Part shown: one piece after another, positions 36,520 through 45,018 of the stretch
How the letters are laid out: each line of letters begins with the position of its first letter
Position numbering within the stretch: the stretch's first letter is position 1
Assembly: GCA_042572295.1 (NCBI GenBank)
Contig: JBHPFA010000002.1
Location: 180 to 64,179, forward strand
From: Nanobdellota archaeon
GTDB lineage: Archaea > Nanobdellota > Nanobdellia > Pacearchaeales > JAHJTO01
Reading direction: 5' to 3'
Length of the DNA: 64,000 bases
Position numbers and translations under genes: made by a program
The notes under the pieces: model-generated
Database searches by the model: none
The model's input: the letters and a program-made list of their open reading frames with translations, nothing else
Told to the model about the DNA's origin: nothing

Positions 36520-37638
36520 TTAATCTCTTAAAGAACCCAAAAAAGATTCTTTGTTTTCTAAGGGTGTTTTTGTTGGCCTTCCAAGATCTTTTCTTGATTC
36601 AGAATTTACTTTTATTATTAGAAGAACTGGACCTTTCAAGTCATTGATTTTTTTCATTGATTCTTCTAATTCTTTTTTGGTTTCTATTTGTAATGCAAAA
36701 GCATAACCACTTGCTAAAGCTATACTTTTAAAATCAACATTATCTGAAATTGTTGGTTGTCCCCCTGTAGAACCGTGTGCCCCATTATCAAATATGAAAT
36801 GATAAAGATTATTTGGTTTTTGATAGCCTATTGTTGCCATTGATCCAAGCTGCATTAAGATTGCTCCATCGCCATCAAATGCAAAAATCTTCTTTTGTGG
36901 TTTTTGAAGAGCAACTGAATTGGCAAGAGAAGCTACACACCCCATGCTTCCGACCATGTAGAAGTCCTTTGGATCTTGATTTTTAGAAATACGGTATTCA
37001 AATAGCTCTCTTGAAGTTTTTCCAGTTGTAGATATTATTGCTTCCGAACCAGATGAAAAATCAATAATTGTTTTTATGGCTTCTTCCCTAGACATTTCAA
37101 AACTTCTTATTTTCTTAGTTTTAGTAGGATAATCATCAATAACTCCTTTTTTGATGATTAATGCCACTGGAGCTTGCTTTTTGAAGGCCTCTTCTTTCAT
37201 CTTAGCTATAACTTTTTCTGCTTCTTTAGGATTGTCTGGAAGAATTTCGTAAGGGACCTCTAAGCAGTCAAGAAGATTGAAAGTTATTCTTCCCATTTTT
37301 TTATGCTGTGGTTCATCTTTTTTCCCGGGCTCTCCCCTTAATCCTATCATTAAAAGCATTGGAATACTATAGACCTCTTTGTCACATAAAGAAGTAAGTG
37401 GATTTACACATTTTCCAAGGCCTGAATTCTGCATATATACTACACCTAATTTTCCTGTTGAGAGATTATATCCTGCACATATGGCTGTAGCCTCACATTC
37501 ATTTACTGCTACGATATTTGTTAAGTCTTTAGCTTCTGCTAAATAACTCATCCATCCCTTGAAAGTACTATCTGGAACTCCTGAAAAAAATGAAATTTCA
37601 TGTTTCTTAAATATCTCTGAAAGAGATGTAAAATCCAT
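36520..37638 (-). CDS. ppd: Phosphonopyruvate decarboxylase (ThDP-dependent)
   Basis: 372 aa, the short ThDP-enzyme size typical of Ppd. The ThDP motif is FDGDGAILMQLGSMATIG...IFDNGAHGSTGGQ. It sits next to PEP mutase and the AEP transaminase. Confidence 0.85.
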   Translation of the reverse strand: MDFTSLSEIFKKHEISFFSGVPDSTFKGWMSYLAEAKDLTNIVAVNECEATAICAGYNLSTGKLGVVYMQNSGLGKCVNPLTSLCDKEVYSIPMLLMIGLRGEPGKKDEPQHKKMGRITFNLLDCLEVPYEILPDNPKEAEKVIAKMKEEAFKKQAPVALIIKKGVIDDYPTKTKKIRSFEMSREEAIKTIIDFSSGSEAIISTTGKTSRELFEYRISKNQDPKDFYMVGSMGCVASLANSVALQKPQKKIFAFDGDGAILMQLGSMATIGYQKPNNLYHFIFDNGAHGSTGGQPTISDNVDFKSIALASGYAFALQIETKKELEESMKKINDLKGPVLLIIKVNSESRKDLGRPTKTPLENKESFLGSLRD

Positions 37639-37659
37639 ATAATCTCCATAAGCGATATG

Positions 37660-37667
37660 TTTATAAG
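37660..37667. promoter_or_regulatory. Single central TATA-like element (TTTATAAG) in the 50-nt ppd / AEP-transaminase divergent gap
   Basis: The box centre (37663.5) is 25.5 nt from the ppd start codon (CAT at 37636-37638) and 25.5 nt from ATG 37689. No other A/T box fits between the two genes. Confidence 0.4.
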
Positions 37668-37676
37668 TTTTTTTAT

Positions 37677-38789
37677 GTGTCTCGATTTATGGAAAGAAAG
37701 GTATTAATGACTCCTGGACCTGCTACGACTTCTCGAGGAGTGAAAGAAGCACAAGTAGTTCCAGATATTTGCCCTAGAGAGGAAGAATTTGGAAGAGTTA
37801 TGGAAGATATTAGGGAAAAATTGATTAGAATAGCTGGAGGAGATGAGAATTATGAGTGTGTTTTGATGGGGGGCCCTGGTACTGCTGGAATGGAAGCTAC
37901 GCTTAGTTCAGTTGTAAATGGCAAGGTTCTAATTATCAACAACGGAGCCTATGGTGAAAGGTTTGTCAAAATAGCTAAATGCTATAATATGGATTTTAAA
38001 GAAGTAGTCTTTGGTTGGGATGAAGAAATTAATCCTGAAAAAGTTGAGGCAGAGATTGATGAAGGAGTCAAATACATTGTTATGATCCATCATGAAACAA
38101 CTACTGGAATTCTTAATCCTGTTGAAAAGATTTCAGAATTAGCCAAAAAACATAATTGTGTTTTTATTCTTGATGCAATCTCTAGTTTTGCAGGTCTTCC
38201 TATAGATGTAAAAAAACTCAATGTTGATTTTCTTATATCTTCAAGTAATAAATGTATTCAAGGCATGCCAGGAATATGTTTTATTATATGCAAAAAAGAA
38301 GAACTTGTAAAATTAAAAGAGGTTCCAAAAAGAGGTTTTTACTTAAACATGTATTTGGAACATGAATATGTTAAATTAAAGAAACAAACAAGATTTACCC
38401 CTCCCGTTCAAACTGCCTATGCTTTAAAAAAGGCAATTGAAGAATTTTTTGAAGAGGGAGCTGAAAAAAGATATGGGAGATATCAAGAAAATAATAAGAT
38501 CCTTTTAGAAGGTATGGCAAAATTGGGTTTCAAAAAAATATTCCCTGACCATTTTGAGGAAAGTGGTTTGTTAACTACCTTTTTTGACCCAGATAATAAA
38601 AATTATTCATTTGATAAAATGCATGATGGTTTATACAAGAGAGGATTTACTATTTATCCTGGAAAAATAAAAGAAAAAACATTCAGACTTTCTAATTTAG
38701 GTGATTTGAATATAGAAGATATTAAAAAGTTTATTGAAGAACTTAAAAAAGTAATGAAAGAAATGGATTTAGAATTAATTAGCGCTTAA
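37677..38789 (+). CDS. phnW: 2-aminoethylphosphonate:pyruvate aminotransferase-like class V aminotransferase
   Basis: LMTPGPATTS, and SSSNKCIQGMPG carrying the PLP lysine. About 365 aa. The ORF track starts at GTG 37677; ATG 37689 (MERKVLMTPGP) is more likely. Confidence 0.8.
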   Translation: MSRFMERKVLMTPGPATTSRGVKEAQVVPDICPREEEFGRVMEDIREKLIRIAGGDENYECVLMGGPGTAGMEATLSSVVNGKVLIINNGAYGERFVKIAKCYNMDFKEVVFGWDEEINPEKVEAEIDEGVKYIVMIHHETTTGILNPVEKISELAKKHNCVFILDAISSFAGLPIDVKKLNVDFLISSSNKCIQGMPGICFIICKKEELVKLKEVPKRGFYLNMYLEHEYVKLKKQTRFTPPVQTAYALKKAIEEFFEEGAEKRYGRYQENNKILLEGMAKLGFKKIFPDHFEESGLLTTFFDPDNKNYSFDKMHDGLYKRGFTIYPGKIKEKTFRLSNLGDLNIEDIKKFIEELKKVMKEMDLELISA

Positions 38790-40496
38790 TATGTCTTTAA
38801 CAGAATAAAGATCTTTTTCATTGTGTATTTCTAACCATCCACCATGTGTTTCATGTATTGCGATTTTAAATCCCCGATTTATCATTTCTTGAATCATATC
38901 TGTATCAACAGCCTCTTTAAAATTAATTGAATCATGGAACCTTCCTTGAGAATTTTTTTTACAGTCTTCATAGACTTTGATAAGATTTTCTGCCCCCACT
39001 TTTGAAAACTTTGCAAGACCCAAATATTCGTGAGTCATTTCTTCAGTTGAAATATTTCTCCCAATCTTAAGGGCTTCATCATTGTGTGTCCTAAACCTTT
39101 GATATGCTAATTTATTGTTGTTCTTTGTAATAACACAATCTAATTTTTTATCGACTTCGTGCTCGTGGTAAAGATAAGAGTTATCTACAACAATAACAAT
39201 ATCTTCTTTTCTCCCAAGAATTTCTTTTACAAGTATTTCATCAAGAAGGATATCTGAATTAACATAAATAAACCCATTTTTCATCTTATCTTTCGCTTCC
39301 ATTATACTATGGAGCATTCCTTCTGAACTATAATTTTCTTTTTGAAAATAATTAATTCCTTTGAGGTTGAATTTTTCTTTTTGATAACCAATTATTACAT
39401 TAATATCATCCAACCCCTGTGCTTTAAACGCTGAGATTTGATGTTCCAATAAAGTTTTACCATTAATTTGAATTAGTGCTTTAGGAATATCTCCAGTAGA
39501 CTCAAAAGGTTGATGGGCCCCTGCTGCAGGAATTATCACTGTTGGTTTTGGAGATATTGATTTATCTTTTTCCTTAATATCAAGAAACCCTACTTTTTCA
39601 AAAACTTCTTTGGTTGTAACAATATAAGGATCTGCTTCAAGAGATCTTTTATTTTCCAAGATGATCCTTCCAACATTCTGCATTGCCTTATAAGAAGATC
39701 TCAACATATGGTTCGCATATATGACTACATTAAATCCTTTTTCTTTAAATTCCTCTTCATAAATAGAATTATAAGTTGTAGGAACACAAACAAGAGGTTT
39801 TTTAAGATTTAGTTCATGGCATAACTTTTTGTAGCCTTCTGCAAACTCAAAAATACCTTTAGGAGATATTGATTTTGAATGGATCATAATCCCATCCACT
39901 CCTGCTAGAAGGTATTTTCTTGCCCTGTATAAAGCATCTTCTACAGATTTCCCTGCAATAAGGCTTTCTATCCTTGCTATAATCATAAAATCTTTAGATC
40001 TTTGTATTTTTTTCCCAGTCATTATTTTGTTAGCAAATTTGTCTGGATCTTCTTGATCTTGGTTTGTTCCACCTTCAAGACTATTCCTTTTTGGAAATAT
40101 TTTATCTTCGATTATAATTGCGGAGACTCCTGTTTTTTCTAATTTAGGAATTAAATACTCAAAATGATGGATATCTCCCCCCGTATCCCCATCTACAATC
40201 ATAGGTTTATTAGTTACTTCAAGTATTTCTGAGATAGTTCTTAATCTTGAATCAAAACTGATTATTTCTATATCTGGATGCCCTTTAGAAGCGGAATCTG
40301 TTAGGCTGCTTTCCCAGAAAAAGTCAAATTCTTCAGATTTATCACATTTATCTTGAGTACAACATTTTAAATCGTTTACAATAAGGCCACTTAGAGCGTT
40401 ATGGACTTCCATACCCTTTATAAGTTTGTTAGATTTTAACAATTCTGATAATTTTCGTCTTCTCTCTTCAGGCGTTATTAGATGTCTTAAAGTCAT
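38775..40496 (-). CDS. pepM: Fusion protein: phosphoenolpyruvate mutase (N-terminal) + nucleotidyltransferase domain (C-terminal)
   Basis: The N-terminal ICL/PEP-mutase barrel carries the discriminating EDKxxxxxNS motif as AIIIEDKIFPKRNSLEG, plus MIVDGDTGGD. The C-terminal ~260 aa (TVIIPAAGAHQPFESTGDIPKALIQINGKTLLEHQI) form an NTP-transferase fold. Confidence 0.9.
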   Translation of the reverse strand: MTLRHLITPEERRRKLSELLKSNKLIKGMEVHNALSGLIVNDLKCCTQDKCDKSEEFDFFWESSLTDSASKGHPDIEIISFDSRLRTISEILEVTNKPMIVDGDTGGDIHHFEYLIPKLEKTGVSAIIIEDKIFPKRNSLEGGTNQDQEDPDKFANKIMTGKKIQRSKDFMIIARIESLIAGKSVEDALYRARKYLLAGVDGIMIHSKSISPKGIFEFAEGYKKLCHELNLKKPLVCVPTTYNSIYEEEFKEKGFNVVIYANHMLRSSYKAMQNVGRIILENKRSLEADPYIVTTKEVFEKVGFLDIKEKDKSISPKPTVIIPAAGAHQPFESTGDIPKALIQINGKTLLEHQISAFKAQGLDDINVIIGYQKEKFNLKGINYFQKENYSSEGMLHSIMEAKDKMKNGFIYVNSDILLDEILVKEILGRKEDIVIVVDNSYLYHEHEVDKKLDCVITKNNNKLAYQRFRTHNDEALKIGRNISTEEMTHEYLGLAKFSKVGAENLIKVYEDCKKNSQGRFHDSINFKEAVDTDMIQEMINRGFKIAIHETHGGWLEIHNEKDLYSVKDILSAN

Positions 40497-40530
40497 AGAT
40501 TTTGGAACATTAGTTCTCTTTTAAGCTTTT

Positions 40531-42111
40531 CTATACCTTGGCCATACTTTGTCTTTTTTTTGCCAATTTACTATTTATTGCATCAAGAATCATAAAGTCA
40601 TTCTTATCCAATCCCTTAAACAAAATGACTAATAATCCATAAGAAATTAAAAATAAAATGAAAAGTAAAATTAAAGAAAATAGATTAATTGTGAATAGAG
40701 ATCTTAGATAAACTAAAAATGCTGAGGCAATTATGCCTGCTAGAAAAATATTGATCATCTTTCTTCTGACAAAAATGTGTTTTAAATAATACTTTGATTG
40801 GGCGAGGAAAAGAAGGTTTAGGAATATTATGGAGATTAATGTTGCTAAAGCTGCACCATTTATTCCTAAAGAATTTTCTATGAACAGAACATAGGGCATA
40901 GGGACCAATATCGCATTAAGGATAACATTCATTATGAAGGCAAGAGTAATGTTAAACAATACCAGTTTGGATTTTCCAATTATATAGATTAGCTGGGTGG
41001 GGACTATAAAAACAGCCGAGATAAAAGCCCCTATTGCAAGAATTCTCAAGGCATTTGCTGCAGCAAGATACGCTGGACCAAATATTATATTGATTATTGC
41101 TCCAGGAAATAATATAATCAGTGAAAATGCAGTTATATTAATTAAAAATATCCACTTTGTAACTTGTTTACTTGTCTCAATTATCACCTTTGTTCTTTTC
41201 TTGGAATATTCCCTGCTTATTAAGGGGAAGAAAAGTTGCATGAACAATTCAGGAGCTATGGCTAATAATAAAGCTATTGGAACTGCTGCCTGATATATTC
41301 CTACTTCAACTACTGATTTATAGAAGCCTATAGCAAAGGTATCTACCCAATAGAGTAATATGAGTATCACTCCTGAAAACAAAAGTGGAAAAGAATAACT
41401 GAAAAAGAGTTTTCTTGTTTTTACTTTTTCTTTTTTATTCAAATCACTTTTAATAAAGAGCTCAGGTATTTTACGTTTAGAGACGAAATAAGACACCATT
41501 AAAACAACAATCATTCCAAATAAATAAGAAAGAATTGTAGAGCCCCCCTTAACACCCATAAAAATAAGTAATACAATAATAATGAATTTTGAAAGAGGAT
41601 TTATAATATTTGCTATAAATGAATGGATGGATATTTTTTCATAAGCCCTTAGTGCCCCTATAAATGGAGAGGTAAGCATTGTTGCAGGTATTATGAAACT
41701 TGCGACTTTAAAATAAAATATAAGTTGAGAGTTGTTGAAAACATTCAACGCAAGGGGTTCTGATAGAAAAAATAGTAATATCCCTGAAAGTATGCTTGAA
41801 AAGGTTAGAATTATCAAAGAAAGATTGAAGATATATGTAACCTTGTTAGACTTCCCTTTTGCACGATAAATCGGAATAAATCTTGCGAGACCCTCCGAAA
41901 GACCCAATGCTGCAACTGCTATGAACCATCCACTAATCATTAAAGCTATGGAAAATAAACCATAAACCTCTGGACCAAAATACCTTGCAATTATAACTCT
42001 GTATAAGTAACCTATGATTTTTGACAATACAAGACTTAGGAATACAATTCCAGAGGTTTTAACTAAAAGTTTTAAATTAAGATGTAGTCCCTCTTTTTGT
42101 TTACTGGCCAT
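40531..42111 (-). CDS. MOP-superfamily polysaccharide flippase (Wzx/RfbX-like)
   Basis: 526 aa with about 14 hydrophobic segments. The N-terminal RVIIARYFGPEVYGLFSIALMI is typical of polysaccharide biosynthesis (Polysacc_synt) proteins. Confidence 0.7.
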   Translation of the reverse strand: MASKQKEGLHLNLKLLVKTSGIVFLSLVLSKIIGYLYRVIIARYFGPEVYGLFSIALMISGWFIAVAALGLSEGLARFIPIYRAKGKSNKVTYIFNLSLIILTFSSILSGILLFFLSEPLALNVFNNSQLIFYFKVASFIIPATMLTSPFIGALRAYEKISIHSFIANIINPLSKFIIIVLLIFMGVKGGSTILSYLFGMIVVLMVSYFVSKRKIPELFIKSDLNKKEKVKTRKLFFSYSFPLLFSGVILILLYWVDTFAIGFYKSVVEVGIYQAAVPIALLLAIAPELFMQLFFPLISREYSKKRTKVIIETSKQVTKWIFLINITAFSLIILFPGAIINIIFGPAYLAAANALRILAIGAFISAVFIVPTQLIYIIGKSKLVLFNITLAFIMNVILNAILVPMPYVLFIENSLGINGAALATLISIIFLNLLFLAQSKYYLKHIFVRRKMINIFLAGIIASAFLVYLRSLFTINLFSLILLFILFLISYGLLVILFKGLDKNDFMILDAINSKLAKKRQSMAKV

Positions 42112-42160
42112 TATTAATTAAGAAAAGATAAGTAGTTGATAAATGTTTTTATGACTCTTT

Positions 42161-42982
42161 TTATGGCTTGAGATTAAAATATTCCTTTAAGGCTTCTTTC
42201 CAAGACCTAAGACTTACTTTTTTAGAAGTTAATGCCTCACTATGTGAACGGAGGATGCCTTCTTGTTGGGAAAGTTTATTTTTTATTATCTTGGATTTAG
42301 AATTTATTCCTTTAATAGAGATTATTTCATTAAGTATGTCTTCTGGAGTCGCAATCCCTCTATTTACTACATGAAAGATGCCCTTAAATCCATTTTGTAT
42401 AAGTTCTTTCATTTTATCAATAAAATCTGGCAAGTAGGTTGGAGATCCTGTTTGATCTGTCACTACTTTTACTTCTTCCCCTTTTTCTAAAGAATTAATC
42501 ATTCTTTTAATGAAATCGATCTTCTTGCTATTATTTGTTCCGAAAATCCACCCAGTCCGGATTATTAAGTAATTAGGAGTTATAATTGGAAGAGACTTTT
42601 CTGCAAGATACTTCGTTTGGCCATAAATATTTTGGGGTTGAGGAGTATCTTCTTCATTAAAAGATTTATTTACAGGCCCATTAAAGATCGCTCCAGTAGA
42701 TAATAGGATTATAGGGATATTTCTTTTTGCGGCCTCTTTTGCAAGATTAATGACTCCATTAACATTTACTTCATGTGCTTGAGAGGGATTTTTTTCACAT
42801 GAACGGATATCTTTAGAAGATAAACAAAGAATCCCGGAGGGATTTATCTCATCACAGACTTTTTTAATATTCTTGGAATTTGTCACGTCTAATTCTCTAT
42901 GTGATTTTTTTACACCAAAATCTAATTGGCTCCCTATAACTCCTTCACTGCCAGTTATTAGAATACGTGAAAGATCAACCAT
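42161..42982 (-). CDS. RmlD-like NDP-4-keto-sugar reductase (SDR)
   Basis: ILITGSEGVIGSQL, YGQTKYLAE (YxxxK) and a size of 273 aa resemble dTDP-4-dehydrorhamnose reductase. Confidence 0.65.
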   Translation of the reverse strand: MVDLSRILITGSEGVIGSQLDFGVKKSHRELDVTNSKNIKKVCDEINPSGILCLSSKDIRSCEKNPSQAHEVNVNGVINLAKEAAKRNIPIILLSTGAIFNGPVNKSFNEEDTPQPQNIYGQTKYLAEKSLPIITPNYLIIRTGWIFGTNNSKKIDFIKRMINSLEKGEEVKVVTDQTGSPTYLPDFIDKMKELIQNGFKGIFHVVNRGIATPEDILNEIISIKGINSKSKIIKNKLSQQEGILRSHSEALTSKKVSLRSWKEALKEYFNLKP

Positions 42983-44210
42983 TTTTTACCAATTCTAATT
43001 TGGGAAATGGAACTATCATTGTAAACTCTGGAAAAATTTCCTTTAGTTTCGTTATAAAATGATCTTTGTAATTCCAAGAAAGAAGAAAGAAGATAGGATT
43101 TTGTTCTGTTTTAAGAGAATCAAATGACTTTACGGGAACATGAACTCCAGGAGTCAACTTTCCTTGTTTTAGAGGTGTGTCGTCAACTAAATAGGCTATA
43201 TCTTCGATACCTATACCACAATAATTCAATATAACTACTCCTCTTGCTGGACCTCCAAGCCCAATTAACTTACTGCCTTTTTGTTTTTCTTGATCTATAA
43301 GTTTTCTTAATTCTTTTTTAAATTCCTTCACTTTTGGATCCACAGAATCATATATTTGAGGATTCGTTAAACCCTGTTCAGATTCTTCTTTTAAGAGATT
43401 AGTAACTGCTTCAGACACGCTTGAAGATCCTTCCATTTTTTGTGCATAAATACGAAGAGATCCTCCTTGTGTGGGAATCTTTTCGACACCTACAACCTTT
43501 AGATTTGCTTGTTTAAATGTGGATATCAAAGAATGAAGCGAAAACGAATATACGTGTTCATGATATATAGTATCGAACTCTCCTTTGAGAATCGTTTCTA
43601 AAGCATATGCTCCTTCCATTACCAAAGTGCCATTGGGGCTTAGAATTCTTTCTACACCTTGGAGTAAGTCGACTACGTCTGGGGTGTGAGGTATAACATT
43701 TAATGCAACAATTAAATCATAGTGTCCTTTATCTTCTAAAATCTTTGCTGCAGTAGATGTATTGAAAAATTCTGGAATATAATCCACTCCCTTTTCTTTA
43801 TTCATATCAACTAAATTCTTTGCAGGATCTACCCCTAGGACTTGATCTGTTTTTTCCTTAAGAAAAGAGAGAAGAGTTCCATCATTAGAACCTATCTCTA
43901 AAATTTTCGTGTCTTGAGTTATACTGAAATGAGAATTTAGATTATCTGCTACTTCCCTTAAATGTTTTATATTTGATGCAGATCCTGAGGAAAGGTGTAA
44001 ATAATTTGAAAATAATTTTTCTGGAGGGACTATATCTTCTATTTGAACTAACAAACAAGATTCACAATATGCAAGATTTAAAGGATATGCTTTTTCATTT
44101 GGCAACTCTTCTTCACTTATGAAAGCATTTACCGGAGGGATATCTCCTAGCTCTAGAAATCTTTTTAGTTTTCCAGTTTTACAAACTTTACAATTTGGGA
44201 AGTTATCCAT
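42975..44210 (-). CDS. NDP-hexose C-methyltransferase (TylCIII-like; Zn-ribbon + SAM MTase + C-methyltransferase C-terminal domain)
   Basis: An N-terminal Zn ribbon (CKVCKTGKLKRFLELGDIPPVNAF...CESC) is followed by ILEIGSNDGTLLSF and a C-terminal Rossmann-like domain (LIGLGGPARGVVILNY). Confidence 0.75.
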   Translation of the reverse strand: MDNFPNCKVCKTGKLKRFLELGDIPPVNAFISEEELPNEKAYPLNLAYCESCLLVQIEDIVPPEKLFSNYLHLSSGSASNIKHLREVADNLNSHFSITQDTKILEIGSNDGTLLSFLKEKTDQVLGVDPAKNLVDMNKEKGVDYIPEFFNTSTAAKILEDKGHYDLIVALNVIPHTPDVVDLLQGVERILSPNGTLVMEGAYALETILKGEFDTIYHEHVYSFSLHSLISTFKQANLKVVGVEKIPTQGGSLRIYAQKMEGSSSVSEAVTNLLKEESEQGLTNPQIYDSVDPKVKEFKKELRKLIDQEKQKGSKLIGLGGPARGVVILNYCGIGIEDIAYLVDDTPLKQGKLTPGVHVPVKSFDSLKTEQNPIFFLLSWNYKDHFITKLKEIFPEFTMIVPFPKLELVKNG

Positions 44211-44211
44211 T

Positions 44212-45018
44212 TTATTTTTTTAATTTTGGAAATAAGTGATTATGAGAGATATTCATTTTTGCTAAAATAAACTTTCCTAACACCAAAAAGGTTTGTAATG
44301 CATAAAGTGCTGCATTACTCAATACATGGGAAGTATGGGCACTCTTGTAGTCTGCTTCTACTGGAACCTCTCTAACCTTCACCCCATAATATGCTGCTTG
44401 AGCAATTATCTCAAAACTAAAAAGATAATTGTTGGTATTTGCCATATAGGGGACCTTCTTTAAAAACTCTTTTCCATAAACACGAAAACCTGTGTGGAAC
44501 TCTGTTAAGGGAAGTCCTAAAATGACTCTGTCAAAAAAACTTAAGAACTTATTACCCAAAAACCTAACAAGAGGCATTCCGTTTTCCAAAGCTTTCTTTG
44601 GTTGCTGAAATCTTGAGCCCAAAATAAGTTGAGCGCCTTTATTCATAGGTTCAATAGCGTGAAATATTGATTTGGGGTCAAATTGTGCACCGTCTCCGTG
44701 TATCTCAAAAACGTAGTCTGCTCCCATAGACAATGCCTTTTTAAGGCCTTCTTTTAAATTCCCCCCATAGCCCCTATTTGGAGTGTGTCTAAAAACCTTT
44801 AATCCCAATTTTTTGGCAACTTGAGAAGTGTTATCTTTTGAACCGTCATCCATCACAATTATATCACTTAAAACTCCTTTTGGAATCCTTTCATACGCAC
44901 GGGGCAACATCTTTGCACAATTATATGCTAAAATCACTCCGATAATCTTTGGTTTCTTTGAACGATTTAAAGTCTTACCTCTCATTTTGATATTTTTTAA
45001 AAGAATTTCAGGCCTCAT
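44212..45018 (-). CDS. GT2 glycosyltransferase, polyprenyl-phosphate hexose synthase-like
   Basis: IIGVILAYNCAKMLPRAYERI, IVMDDGSKDNT and EIHGDGAQFDP. Confidence 0.8.
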   Translation of the reverse strand: MRPEILLKNIKMRGKTLNRSKKPKIIGVILAYNCAKMLPRAYERIPKGVLSDIIVMDDGSKDNTSQVAKKLGLKVFRHTPNRGYGGNLKEGLKKALSMGADYVFEIHGDGAQFDPKSIFHAIEPMNKGAQLILGSRFQQPKKALENGMPLVRFLGNKFLSFFDRVILGLPLTEFHTGFRVYGKEFLKKVPYMANTNNYLFSFEIIAQAAYYGVKVREVPVEADYKSAHTSHVLSNAALYALQTFLVLGKFILAKMNISHNHLFPKLKK

